64,000 nucleotides of DNA from Fibrobacteria bacterium (GCA_050294405.1 JBNKOC010000024.1:108193-172192), one strand, 5' to 3'; numbered from the stretch's first letter, positions 51,633-61,877 are shown. Numbers and translations are program-made. The notes: generated from the letters alone by a model not told the origin.

Positions 51633-52066
51633 GGCCAAAAAATCTGTTCTTTTTCCTATGCCTGATTTTAAGTGGATGTGACTTTACCACCGATGAAGAT
51701 TGCGAACCGGTTCCGCGCTCTTGCCAAAAAAGCAGGCCAGACACAGTAGAACTCAAATTGAAGTTTTCAGTATCTCCCAATAATCCCCCTGCTAGATTTC
51801 AAATATATTCTGGCAGTGTAGATGAGGGACATTTGATTTTGTCAGACAGCGCCCTGGTTGAAACCAAGGGTTATTTGCTTCCGGAAGGGGAATATTCCAT
51901 AAGGGCTATTTACTTTGCAGGTAAAGATACCCTGGAAATTTTGGAAGGAGGACGTACAAGTATCGAGGTTGAGGATTATTGTGGAGGCACTAGTTGCTAT
52001 AAATCGAATGCCATCACATTAGACTTGAGACTTAACAATTTGCCCAGCGGTGTAAAATGGCCTTAA
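51629..52066 (+). CDS. Hypothetical lipoprotein
   Basis: Lipobox LSGC; 4-nt overlap with the upstream ORF. Confidence 0.75.
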   Translation: MRPKNLFFFLCLILSGCDFTTDEDCEPVPRSCQKSRPDTVELKLKFSVSPNNPPARFQIYSGSVDEGHLILSDSALVETKGYLLPEGEYSIRAIYFAGKDTLEILEGGRTSIEVEDYCGGTSCYKSNAITLDLRLNNLPSGVKWP

Positions 52067-52198
52067 TTTTCCCCTAAACCCTAATATTTCTTTATGGGTT
52101 TTTCTTTCAGGTTTAATTATTGCAAAATAAAGTTTTTGAGCTAATAATTTTAAATGGAAATTGGCTAATTTTATTAATTTCTCTTTAAAATATCTTAA

Positions 52199-54481
52199 AT
52201 GCGTATATTTATAATAAACCCATCAATCTTTTTCATTTGGTTAGTGGTATTTTTTTATGCAACCTTGAAAATTACTCCAGGCTACACCATTGATCATTCC
52301 TGCAGCAGTTGTCCCAGGCGCGAACTCGATTCTATTCAAGTACATTTCCCTCGGCCAATTAGAATTAATCAGGCAGGTTATAAAACAGGGGATCCTAATA
52401 AAAGCGCTTTTGTTGTTCTTTCCCCAAACTTAACGGACTCCAGCTTTAAGATAATCGAATCTGCCACTGGCGAAATACAATATGAAGGGCAGGTCCAATA
52501 CATATCCAGCGAAACTAATCCCGGTTATTCTGCCCAAGGTTACTTAAATTCCGTCACCTTAGATTACTCCTTTGAGCTCCCTCCACATCAGGAACAACTT
52601 TTCCGTGCTTCTTTTGGAGACTTCCAGAAAAATGGTGAATATAAATTAATTATAGGTGCCGATACATCAGCCACTTTTATAATTGCGGAGGATATTTACA
52701 GTAAGGTTTTAGAAACCGGGCTTAAATTTTTTGGAGTCCAACGATGTGGTGCCACCAACAGTTGGTTTCACGGGAGTTGCCACCTCCAGGACGGATCCGC
52801 CCTGGGTTCTCAGCATACCGGCAGACTTGCAGGAGGCTGGCATGATTGTGGAGACCATGGAAAGTATTCCGAAACCCTCGCATACAGTGCGCTTATCCTT
52901 TCTTTAACTTATGCCCTTTGGCCAGAAAAGGTCCTTGATTTATATGGAAAGTCGTATAACGACAGCCTCCCATCACAAAGAGATGGAATTCCCGACCTTC
53001 TGGCGGAAGCAGGAATTGGGGCTGAATTTATTTTCAAGCTTTATACTCTTTCCAAAGAATCCGGCCTTTTAGAATCAGCTGACATGTACCATTCTGTGGG
53101 CATGGGACCAGGCCAAGACCATCAATATTGGGGACAACCAGAATATCAGGATAGTTTGTCCCAAAATTTTGGAGGAGCACCAAGACCGGTAACCTCAGGC
53201 ATTGGTTCCAACGTAGCGGGTGGTTTTGCCGCAACCCTGGCTTTTTATTCCTGGGGAATTCGCCCTTATAATTCAGACTATGCTGATAGCCTTATTATGG
53301 CTGCAACGGATATATATGACAATATTGTAATGAAAAAAAGGGGATCCTCAACCATTATGCCATGTTGTTATCCGGGCGGGGGCACCAGTTATGATGAGGA
53401 AGCCATGGCAGCCCTTGCCCTTTGGTTCGCCACCAAAGAGAGCAGGTTCCGCTTTGATTTATTGGAAGATAGTACCCTTTATGCCAATCCCTATGCAGCT
53501 TTTAATGCAGGGGAATTTCCCAGCGGTTTATTAGGAAAAAGGCCCTTTCATCATGGAGGCTGGACATCGGATTTTGAAACTCTAAACGCCTTTGTAATGT
53601 ACGCTATGGCCAAATTAGTTTTAATAAATGAGGCAACAGCGCTTGAGTACGGGTTAGCTGCCGATGTTAGAGATTCCCTTTGGGAAGATGCTATTCTAAA
53701 TTTAAAATTTGGAATTTCCAATGGTTCCAATGGAACTACAAAAATTTTGGCGAGTAATTTTTATTCCCCGCAGTTAGATAGTTTGATACCCGTTTATCTA
53801 AATGTTTCACCCCCGTATAACCTGGTTTTTACATCCATTGACTGGGGATTTAATCGATACAATTTAGGATTGGTAAATGAGTTGTTTATGGTTTGGGACT
53901 TAACAGGAGAAGAAACCTATTACCAAATTGGCATGGATAATCTCAATTATATATTGGGAGTCAACCCATGGGATGTTAGTTTTTTAATAGGGGCTGGAGA
54001 TCGGTTTTTAAATCATATTCACAATCGCTCAGCCAATCCCGATGGATTTAATGTTATAGGCGGAACTCCATATCCTTATCGGAAGCCCACCGGGGCCCTG
54101 ATGGGAGGCAATAAACCCAGTGCCAAGCTTAATGATAGATGGCTAGATTACACCGCCACTGAAACTTGTATTGATTTTAATGCTCAATTAATGATACCTG
54201 CTCAGATGCTAGCCAGCCTTCCTGATTCATCATTAGGTATTAAAAAATTTACCCCCCCCAACTTAGCTCTTGGCCACTACCAGTCAGGGGGTGAAATAAA
54301 AGTTTATGATTTAAAGGGGAAACTCCTCACCCAATTTTCGTTTAAGGGTGAAAGCAATTGGAAAATTCATGTGGATGAATTTTTTAAGGGTCACCCCGGA
54401 AAATTCCCCCCAAGCCTTTACATTGCCCGTTTTGAATCGGAGACGAAAGTCTTAGCCTCCCAATTAATTTTTGTTCCTTAA
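52199..54481 (+). CDS. GH9 cellulase with N-terminal Ig (CelD_N) domain
   Basis: IRINQAGY, FFGVQRCG, GGWHDCGDHGKY, YILGVNPW, HIHNR, ATETCIDFNA; C-terminal VYDLKGKLL. Confidence 0.93.
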   Translation: MRIFIINPSIFFIWLVVFFYATLKITPGYTIDHSCSSCPRRELDSIQVHFPRPIRINQAGYKTGDPNKSAFVVLSPNLTDSSFKIIESATGEIQYEGQVQYISSETNPGYSAQGYLNSVTLDYSFELPPHQEQLFRASFGDFQKNGEYKLIIGADTSATFIIAEDIYSKVLETGLKFFGVQRCGATNSWFHGSCHLQDGSALGSQHTGRLAGGWHDCGDHGKYSETLAYSALILSLTYALWPEKVLDLYGKSYNDSLPSQRDGIPDLLAEAGIGAEFIFKLYTLSKESGLLESADMYHSVGMGPGQDHQYWGQPEYQDSLSQNFGGAPRPVTSGIGSNVAGGFAATLAFYSWGIRPYNSDYADSLIMAATDIYDNIVMKKRGSSTIMPCCYPGGGTSYDEEAMAALALWFATKESRFRFDLLEDSTLYANPYAAFNAGEFPSGLLGKRPFHHGGWTSDFETLNAFVMYAMAKLVLINEATALEYGLAADVRDSLWEDAILNLKFGISNGSNGTTKILASNFYSPQLDSLIPVYLNVSPPYNLVFTSIDWGFNRYNLGLVNELFMVWDLTGEETYYQIGMDNLNYILGVNPWDVSFLIGAGDRFLNHIHNRSANPDGFNVIGGTPYPYRKPTGALMGGNKPSAKLNDRWLDYTATETCIDFNAQLMIPAQMLASLPDSSLGIKKFTPPNLALGHYQSGGEIKVYDLKGKLLTQFSFKGESNWKIHVDEFFKGHPGKFPPSLYIARFESETKVLASQLIFVP

Positions 54482-54556
54482 TGGGTTAGGGTAAAACTCC
54501 TTGATTCAATTCTCGAAATTTCCCTATTAAAGCTGCGCAAAGTTTTGCACGGGAAA

Positions 54557-55621
54557 TTAATTTTCAACCAATTCCACACGTCTGTTTTTGGCTTTGCCCT
54601 CTTCGGATTTATTAGAAGCTACTGGGCTGGCATAAGAAACACCCACGGGAGACAGCCTGTTTTTTGCAATTCCATGTTTAGCAACCAATTCCGAAACAAC
54701 TGCCTGCGCCCGCCGTTTTGACAGATCCATGTTAAAAGCGAAATCACCCTCATTATCGGTGTGACCCACCACTAAAAGTTTTAGTGATTTATTGTTTTTT
54801 AATAAGGTCGCGATTTCTTTCAAGGTTGGCTCCGAACCCAATTTCACTTGATCTTTATTTGAATCAAAATAAATTCCATAAAGAGCTATTTTCCCAGTTG
54901 AGGAAATAGTCTCGGCCATTTCGCTTGCATTAACGGCAACCATTTTTTGCTCTCTGTTTTTACCCTCCACAATATCCACAACAACCACAGTTCTATTGTT
55001 CAGAGGTTTACAAGAATGGGTGGCTTTGAGGGAATAGGCCAATACGGAAAAGTGAATCGCATCGTCATTGGATTTGGCAACGAAATATCTTTGATCCGCT
55101 ATTTTCCCCTTTGTCGCGCAACTTCCATTTGTATTACGTTTATCCGTAATGCGATCCTGTGGGAATAGATACATGGAAAGGCTCATAGAACCGCCGCCAC
55201 CGCCGCTGCTTCTATCGGTAGAGCCTCCGCACTCATCTCCCTTACATTCATAAAGGATTTTTCCCTTGCTTGCGGTTACTTCATCTTTATAATTGCGTAT
55301 GGCTTCCAGTGGAGTCCTTTCAGCGGGAAGTAAATACACCAAACGCGTGTACTCCCCTTCCTGATTCAATTTTTCTTTGGGCGCGTAAGCCCAGTTATTG
55401 TGGCTATCTTTTTCCCCTTTGACCTTTTCCAGTTTGGAAAGTGGAAAGCGAAATTCATTAAATTTATTGTAGGTAGAAGAAACAATGAATGATCCTTCAT
55501 AGCGCTTGAATTTTGGATGGTCCGTGGAGCCATCGATATCGGCTGAGGGAATCCCCGGCTTTGAAAAAGAATTGGTCAGGGCTAAAAACCCAAGCACCAT
55601 GCAGATTGTAAATTTAGACAT
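54557..55621 (-). CDS. OmpA-family protein with DUF4892-like N-terminus
   Basis: DIDGSTDHP..KRYEGS; GIYFD; VGHTDN..N..LS.RRA; NRRVELVE. Confidence 0.88.
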   Translation of the reverse strand: MSKFTICMVLGFLALTNSFSKPGIPSADIDGSTDHPKFKRYEGSFIVSSTYNKFNEFRFPLSKLEKVKGEKDSHNNWAYAPKEKLNQEGEYTRLVYLLPAERTPLEAIRNYKDEVTASKGKILYECKGDECGGSTDRSSGGGGGSMSLSMYLFPQDRITDKRNTNGSCATKGKIADQRYFVAKSNDDAIHFSVLAYSLKATHSCKPLNNRTVVVVDIVEGKNREQKMVAVNASEMAETISSTGKIALYGIYFDSNKDQVKLGSEPTLKEIATLLKNNKSLKLLVVGHTDNEGDFAFNMDLSKRRAQAVVSELVAKHGIAKNRLSPVGVSYASPVASNKSEEGKAKNRRVELVEN

Positions 55622-55705
55622 GAAGTTCTTTCCTTTTGGATGAATAAAAACTCTTCTTTTGAATAAATAGAAATAAAACTGCTAGAAAAACAAATAACAA
55701 TTCTA

Positions 55706-56209
55706 TTACTCCTTGGGCTCTTTTAGGGTTACCTTAACCCTTGGCTTTCCATTTAATGTGGCAGTATTGGAATTTTTGGCTCCGGGTTTTTGCAGGCTGG
55801 CATAAGAAACAGCTTCCTCCCATTGGATTCCCTCAAAATGGACCACATCTTCGTTCCAGTCTAATAAATAACTGACTTCAACTTCCCATCCCGGGCGAAG
55901 CTCGTCTGTGATGTATACCGGAACACTGTAATATTCCACCACGGTCGAATAACGGTCATAGGGATGGGGTCGTTCGGAACGAATTTCCAGGTTCGCCACC
56001 AGGCCGTAAGCGGATTCATCTCCAGTATTGGCTGTGGACACAAAGTAATAGCGTTCCACATATTCATAGCCATCATCCATTAAAATCACATCTTCAAATT
56101 CTCCATGACTTGTGACTTCTGGGTTGGGTCCTATGCTTTGGACTTCATAAACCATTGTGCAGGAACACAAAAAACAAAAGGCAATTAGGGATAGTATTTT
56201 AGTTTTCAT
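55706..56209 (-). CDS. Hypothetical lipoprotein
   Basis: Lipobox LCSC. Confidence 0.7.
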   Translation of the reverse strand: MKTKILSLIAFCFLCSCTMVYEVQSIGPNPEVTSHGEFEDVILMDDGYEYVERYYFVSTANTGDESAYGLVANLEIRSERPHPYDRYSTVVEYYSVPVYITDELRPGWEVEVSYLLDWNEDVVHFEGIQWEEAVSYASLQKPGAKNSNTATLNGKPRVKVTLKEPKE

Positions 56210-56432
56210 AATGAACTCTCATTTTGTCTTTGAAATTAAGACGCTAATGAGTGGAAAATCCGCTCAGTTTATTGCCTAAAGGCCTACCCCTACCGCATCA
56301 AAAACTTTTCGCAAGTTCTTTATTTTTAAAGAATTACACGCTTAAACTAAAAGTGATTTTTTCACAAAAAATAGGTGATTTTTGGGAAGTTTTTCCGTGG
56401 ATTTGAAGAGCCACCTCTCTTGAAGCTGATCC

Positions 56433-58175
56433 TCATTCCTCTGGCAAATTAAAATATATATCCAGGTTAAAGAAATTTATGGTGAATTGCTCCAACCCGA
56501 TTCCAAATGCTTCGTGTTTTCCTGCAAGATTATTAATGATGAATTCCCCTTGGTCAAAGGGAATAACTGCTTGCTCAAAGGTTAAATTAAAGTGGTGGCT
56601 ATTTTTTTCAGCAAGGTTAAAATATTTTGCCGCGGTGGATGTTAAGTCCAACTCAAAAACCGTAATACTATCCTTTACTAAAAGAATAGCATTCCCCTCA
56701 TAGTGCGATTTAAAATCATCCCCCAATTTGATATTTTTAAATTTTTGTTCATCTCTATTCCTGGAAAAATTTACTGGTAGGTGGTATTGGTATTTGTTAA
56801 TGGGAAATATATGCGGCTCCTCAAACCTTAAGGAAAAATAAGTGACAAATTCTCCGTTACGCAAATCACTTAAACCCAACTGAAACCAAAGGGACTTTCG
56901 GGTTACAGGTTTATCAAAAAAAGCGTAGGCCTCAAGCTTTTCAAGTAAACCGCGTTTTTCCAAATATCTTATTATTTCTTTTATTTCCTTCAACTCATTT
57001 ATGTTGCTTGGATTTTTTTCCACCACTCCATCTTTTAGCAACTCCCCTTTTTCCATTTGAGATATTAACCTTCCTATTTGGCTTTTTTCTGAAATAGAAA
57101 AGGCGCTCCAAGGGCCTATAGATATTACTAGGGGAACCACACACAGTGAATAAAAAATCATTTTAAATTTTTTAAACTTGGTTAAAATCATATATACGGA
57201 AATAAATGCGAGCCACATTCCAACAACTGAGATTACATATCTGTTTTCAGTAACTCCATATTCCGAAATGCGCAAATACAGGGAATAAGCCAGTAAAAAG
57301 ATTAGGGGAACAATAAAGAAGTATAGCAGTTTATTAATGTATTTATAAAACTTTTGTTCCTTATATGCAAAGGTTACAAAATGGGTAAAGGTGGCCAAAG
57401 AGCAAAAACTCATTATTAAATAAGCCAAGGTGCCTTTTGGAAGCTCCTGGCTAAATATCAATTTGGCGAAATATACATAGAGAATCCCTAGATAAAATAA
57501 GGACAAGGGAGTTATTACAAAGCGGATTAAAAAGTTTTCTAATTCATACTTTTTGGTATTTTCAAAAACAGCATTGGGTTCATGGAATTTCGAAAGAAAT
57601 AGTAAAGGGGCATAAAATCCGGCAAAAACAAACCAGGTGTACAGGTAAATTTTTTCATCAAATTTAATATCAAATAAAGAATGAATCGTGGAAATGGCTA
57701 TTGCTACGCCTGCATACATAATTCCAGATAGAAAAGCAGATTGTATTAGATTTTTTAAAGTCAAAACAAAATGCAGCCACAAATTATCTTCACTAGGTTT
57801 TTTAATTAAAAACCCGACCGGAATTGCCACAACGGCGCTAAACAAATAAAAGGAAAAGCGGATGGCTTCCTGGGTAGTTTGTTCAAGATCAATGGAAAGA
57901 TAATACGCTCCTAATAAAATAGTCCCAAATAGATAACCCAGAACCATTTTCTTTTGCCAGCCACGAGACTCAAAAAATTGGGTAATGGGAACAAACAGTA
58001 CCATCCCCAGAAAAAAAGTGTAAAACAGCTTTGCCATGGATTCAAAATTTTCCTTTTCCACCATGTATATCCAAAGTGAGACCGATGCAAGACAGAAGAT
58101 TAAGGTTATGGGAAAGCGTCGAACAGCTATCCAGATATTTGGGAGAAAGAATTCTTTTTTAAAAGGGATTTTCAT
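56433..58175 (-). CDS. DUF4153-family membrane protein
   Basis: RRFP, PL..FYLGILYVY, ELPKG, RISEYGVTENRY, GPWSAFSISEKSQ. Confidence 0.85.
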   Translation of the reverse strand: MKIPFKKEFFLPNIWIAVRRFPITLIFCLASVSLWIYMVEKENFESMAKLFYTFFLGMVLFVPITQFFESRGWQKKMVLGYLFGTILLGAYYLSIDLEQTTQEAIRFSFYLFSAVVAIPVGFLIKKPSEDNLWLHFVLTLKNLIQSAFLSGIMYAGVAIAISTIHSLFDIKFDEKIYLYTWFVFAGFYAPLLFLSKFHEPNAVFENTKKYELENFLIRFVITPLSLFYLGILYVYFAKLIFSQELPKGTLAYLIMSFCSLATFTHFVTFAYKEQKFYKYINKLLYFFIVPLIFLLAYSLYLRISEYGVTENRYVISVVGMWLAFISVYMILTKFKKFKMIFYSLCVVPLVISIGPWSAFSISEKSQIGRLISQMEKGELLKDGVVEKNPSNINELKEIKEIIRYLEKRGLLEKLEAYAFFDKPVTRKSLWFQLGLSDLRNGEFVTYFSLRFEEPHIFPINKYQYHLPVNFSRNRDEQKFKNIKLGDDFKSHYEGNAILLVKDSITVFELDLTSTAAKYFNLAEKNSHHFNLTFEQAVIPFDQGEFIINNLAGKHEAFGIGLEQFTINFFNLDIYFNLPEE

Positions 58176-58257
58176 TTTGCACGCCCTGGATTGTAGTAAT
58201 TTGGCTTATTAAACTTGGACATCTACCAGATGGAAAGAAAAAATATGGCACAGAAAA

Positions 58258-58914
58258 CTAGATATCATTATTTTCAGCCAAAGAATAATATCCTTTTGCA
58301 TTAAAGATTATATGGTCTAAAAGACTCAACCCCAAAATATTGGAGGCTTCTTTTAATTGTTTAGCAACCCGTAAATCCTCTTCACTTGGTTTTAATTCCC
58401 CATTTGGATGATTATGGGCTACAATTACAGCGGAGGCTCTTTCGGCAATGACATCGGCAAACACTTCTCGGGGATGTACATGACTTTTATTAATAAGGCC
58501 AATAGTTACCACCCTTACATTCATTATTTCGTTTGCACCGTTAATTGAAACACAAATAAAATGTTCTTGTCTCCTACCACCATAATGCTGGATTAGGGGA
58601 AGAATGTCAGCTGGAAACTTGATTTTCAAACCTTCCGGTTTTATCCGCCGCCGGACAAATTCAATGGCTGCTGATAGTGCTGTTGCTTTGGCTGTTCCAA
58701 TTCCATCAATCTTAAGCAGGTCCTTGGCATCACAATCTATGCCCTTCATATCTAATAATCCGACAATTTTTTTAGATAAGCTAAGGACATCGTGCTTTTG
58801 GCTGCCTTTACCCAATACAAGAGCTATTAATTCATTATCACTGAGGTTTTTAGCTCCACTTCTTAAGAGCTTTTCCCGTGGCCTTGCTTTAATGGGGATG
58901 TTTTTAATTTTCAT
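58258..58914 (-). CDS. radC: RadC (JAB/MPN domain) protein
   Basis: RPREKL, LSDNEL, GIGTAKA, QEHF, HPREVF, AHNHPNG..PSEED, LLDHII. Confidence 0.95.
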   Translation of the reverse strand: MKIKNIPIKARPREKLLRSGAKNLSDNELIALVLGKGSQKHDVLSLSKKIVGLLDMKGIDCDAKDLLKIDGIGTAKATALSAAIEFVRRRIKPEGLKIKFPADILPLIQHYGGRRQEHFICVSINGANEIMNVRVVTIGLINKSHVHPREVFADVIAERASAVIVAHNHPNGELKPSEEDLRVAKQLKEASNILGLSLLDHIIFNAKGYYSLAENNDI

Positions 58915-59290
58915 GTTGAAGCTGGTAAGTTTTTAAAAGGGCCTTGATTCGGGATTTATCCTCTTTTTCTTTATCACTTTTATGATAAATTTCAATTAAG
59001 ATAATTTTCAAGTTTGCCGCATCCCAGCCATATATCAAACGAATTCGGCTTTGTGCCCCTTTTCCTTTTAGAGCTTGGCATGCAAATTTTTTAAGTTTAA
59101 AAGCGGGTATTATTCCGCTGAGTCCAGGTATTTCATAACTACTTTGGTTATTAATACCTTTTAAGTGGATTAACTCCAGAGCTGCTTTTTTAACCATTTC
59201 AAAATCTTCTGCAAGGGTTTTGAATTTTTTCTTGAGTCGTTTAAATTCCCCTGCAAATTCTGGTAATTCAACGTACTCAATTGTCTTCAT
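58904..59290 (-). CDS. RelE/HigB-like toxin candidate
   Basis: LPEF..EFKRLKKKF..L..D, FKLKK..C..LKGKG...RIRLIY, LIEIYHKSD; overlaps both neighbours. Confidence 0.65.
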   Translation of the reverse strand: MKTIEYVELPEFAGEFKRLKKKFKTLAEDFEMVKKAALELIHLKGINNQSSYEIPGLSGIIPAFKLKKFACQALKGKGAQSRIRLIYGWDAANLKIILIEIYHKSDKEKEDKSRIKALLKTYQLQHEN

Positions 59291-60053
59291 AGTTTCGTAC
59301 AGTTGTTTCGTGCGTTCTATAAAAGACAGCTTCATATTTTAATTCTTCGCCATCTTCTGCCATTATCCAAGGGACATCCTGGTGGGAATATTCCGTTAAT
59401 TCTTTGGCATTTTTGCCCGCGAGTCTGCCTAAAACCTCATCAATGTGTTTTATTTCTCTGGCAGTAAGTTTTTCGAGATTAGCGGAGCGGTGAGGCAGGT
59501 ATTTTAATTGTTCACGGGTAAAATATTTGCTTTTGACTTCCTCTATTTCATGGCTTTGGATCATGTCGTCGGTTATTTTTTTAAATTCGATGGGAGTTGG
59601 GCCAAAATGGTTTTTTTGGTAACGCGCCCCAATAAACTGTTCTTCGAACTTTTCGTAAAAATCAAAATCAATAAAATATAGCAGTTTGTATAATACAGTT
59701 TGCCCAACATTGGGTTGCGCTCCCACTTTTTCAAGGATGTATAGCAAAACCTCTTTAAATTTCTCGACCTTATTTTGGGGAACGCTGATTCGAATTTCAG
59801 ACTTATTGTTTTTTTTAGGAGTCCCTGGTTTTAATTCCACTTGATACTTTTGCTCGGCTTGTTCTGTTACAAATTGTTCAATGGGTATTTCAAATAAGGC
59901 CGCTAATTTTTTAAGTTCGTTTAAAGATACATCACGCCCACCATTTTCTATTTGGGTATAAGTCTGGCGTGTGCAGCCAAGATGGTTGGCCAATTCTGTT
60001 TGGGTATATCCTTTACCCTCTCTCAAATTTTTAATGAATTCAAAAAATGCCAT
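59277..60053 (-). CDS. XRE-HTH plus DUF4065 (SocA/Panacea) antitoxin
   Basis: N-terminal LREGKGYTQTELA..LG.TRQTY.QIENG; C-terminal LYKLLYFIDF...GP.P...L..YSH.DVPW. Confidence 0.85.
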   Translation of the reverse strand: MAFFEFIKNLREGKGYTQTELANHLGCTRQTYTQIENGGRDVSLNELKKLAALFEIPIEQFVTEQAEQKYQVELKPGTPKKNNKSEIRISVPQNKVEKFKEVLLYILEKVGAQPNVGQTVLYKLLYFIDFDFYEKFEEQFIGARYQKNHFGPTPIEFKKITDDMIQSHEIEEVKSKYFTREQLKYLPHRSANLEKLTAREIKHIDEVLGRLAGKNAKELTEYSHQDVPWIMAEDGEELKYEAVFYRTHETTVRNYEDN

Positions 60054-60064
60054 GCAGCTGCCTT

Positions 60065-61099
60065 TTATTTTTTTCTTTTGATATTTTGAATGGACTTTAC
60101 GGCTTTTTCAAAATGGTATTCCACCTCTGACGGAGCATTCTGTATTGATTTTTTATACTTATCATATTCAGCTTGAGCGGCTTTTAGGGCTTTTTCATGG
60201 GAAATTAGCCCTTTGTGATCGAGAATGTCCCTATCGCTGACCCGTAAAAAATCATCCAGTTTAGTCACCCAGTCTTTCATGTGCATGGACTTTCGGTTGA
60301 GGGCCTGTAGTTCAGCAAATTCGAGGTAAAGGTTTACCAGCCGATTTAAAATATCGAGCTCGGTTTTATTCAAATAGTTTTTAGCAATACTAACATCGGA
60401 TTTTTTAATGCTTGCTTTTGATTTGCTGGGGGCATTCCAGTTCGTAAGTCCCATATTGGGTTGTTTGGCATCGGCTCGCTGATGGATAATTTCTGCTGCA
60501 GTATGACCGTGAGCCGCCCAATGCATTTTATTTTGTACTGTGGCAAAAAACTCTTGTGAAATTTCGCTTTGTGGGGAATAATCGATGCTAGTTGCGTAAA
60601 TGTCCAGTACCTTACGCCAGAAAACTTTTTCGGAGGAGCGTATATCCCGGATACGGCTGAGGAGTTCATCAAAATAATTACCCCCACCCAACTCCTTGAG
60701 GCGATAGTCGTCTAAAGCAAATCCTTTCAGGATATATTCCCGCAGGCGCTGGGTGGCCCAAATTCTAAATTGGGTTCCACGTAAAGACTTTACCCGGTAT
60801 CCTACAGAAATAATGACATCCAGGTTGTAAAAATTGGTTTTTTTAGCCAAATTTCCCACAAATTCGGGATTCCCGAATTTTCTCATTACCTTTTTGGAGT
60901 CGAGCTCCCCTTCTGAAAAAATATTTTGGATATGCTCGTTAATGGTGGATTTTGCCTTTTGAAATAACTCGGACATTTGATCTTGAGTTAGCCAAACGGT
61001 TTCTTCATTTACATGAACCTGTATGCGGGTTTGCCCGTCTTCTGTTTGATACAGAATAAATGTATCGGGACTATTTGGAGCTAAATCATCCATACCCAA
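60065..61099 (-). CDS. rhuM: RhuM (virulence RhuM family) protein
   Basis: ETVWLTQ..M.ELF, YNLDVIISVGYRVKS.RGTQFR.WA, RIRDIRSSEKVF, QNKMHWA.HGHTAAE. Confidence 0.92.
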   Translation of the reverse strand: MGMDDLAPNSPDTFILYQTEDGQTRIQVHVNEETVWLTQDQMSELFQKAKSTINEHIQNIFSEGELDSKKVMRKFGNPEFVGNLAKKTNFYNLDVIISVGYRVKSLRGTQFRIWATQRLREYILKGFALDDYRLKELGGGNYFDELLSRIRDIRSSEKVFWRKVLDIYATSIDYSPQSEISQEFFATVQNKMHWAAHGHTAAEIIHQRADAKQPNMGLTNWNAPSKSKASIKKSDVSIAKNYLNKTELDILNRLVNLYLEFAELQALNRKSMHMKDWVTKLDDFLRVSDRDILDHKGLISHEKALKAAQAEYDKYKKSIQNAPSEVEYHFEKAVKSIQNIKRKK

Positions 61100-61174
61100 A
61101 ATTTAATATGTCAAATAATTTAGTCAACTAAAATGTAAAAAATAATTAACTTTTCAGTTAAAGGTTCTAGACTT

Positions 61175-61504
61175 TTAAACGCGAAATTTCTTTAGCTTTC
61201 GACCAGCACTCTTACCCGCCTTTTTCCCTTCTCCCTCCAACTTCTCCTTTTCCTCCTTTATCCGCTCCAGCAATTTTTCCGCTGGCTCATCACCCGGGTC
61301 TTGAGGTACCAACTCACCTCGAAAGGCTTTGGCTAAAACGGATTGGGAAAGTTTATCGATATTGACTTTGGCATTTTGGTAATGGGCTTCCAATTTTGAA
61401 GTATCTAAACCTGGCTTCCATGGAATGATTTTCCATCCGAGCATAGCTGACTTTAACTTTTCATCAATTCTTTTCTTGCGGGTCTGTGCTTCGCTTTCAG
61501 CCAT
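61175..61504 (-). pseudogene. In-frame hsdR'-'hsdS fusion scar of a deleted type I restriction-modification locus
   Basis: N-terminal ESEAQTRKKRIDEKL...GW matches the HsdR start; C-terminal LSQSVLAKAFRGELVPQDPGDEPAEKLLERIK matches the HsdS end. Confidence 0.82.
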
Positions 61505-61761
61505 CAATTACCAATCTTATTTCCCTACTAAAAAATGCCTTCCCCACTACCATTTCCTACGCCCTGAAATAAATTGAATTTCTTCTTTTTTATTCCATTT
61601 TAAAATTAATTTCCTAGAACCATTTACCCACTTATTTTTTGGGTGTTTTGCCCATTTGGGTACTAAAAGCTAGGGACTTTGGATTATTTTTTGGGCTTTT
61701 AAGGGGTGGCAGTTGGCTTAGTTGACGGGGACCTGGCTCTCCCCCCATCCCACTACCAAAC

Positions 61762-61784
61762 AAAAAACCAGCGCAGAGCGCTGG
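61762..61784 (-). terminator. Rho-independent terminator
   Basis: CCAGCGC-AGA-GCGCTGG hairpin with an A6 run on its left (U-tract on the minus strand). Confidence 0.65.
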
Positions 61785-61877
61785 CCGGGGCTTATAGCAG
61801 AGGCGCATTAAACTTTATACCAGGACTACACAAATAAAATTTAGTGTACTTAAAAACGGTGTAGCCCTAATCGGTAT

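Noticed and set aside
54535..54550. GCGCAAAGTTTTGCAC as a second copy of the 23517 palindrome
   Set aside because: Imperfect and lies between convergent stop codons, so a weak terminator or chance match is more likely
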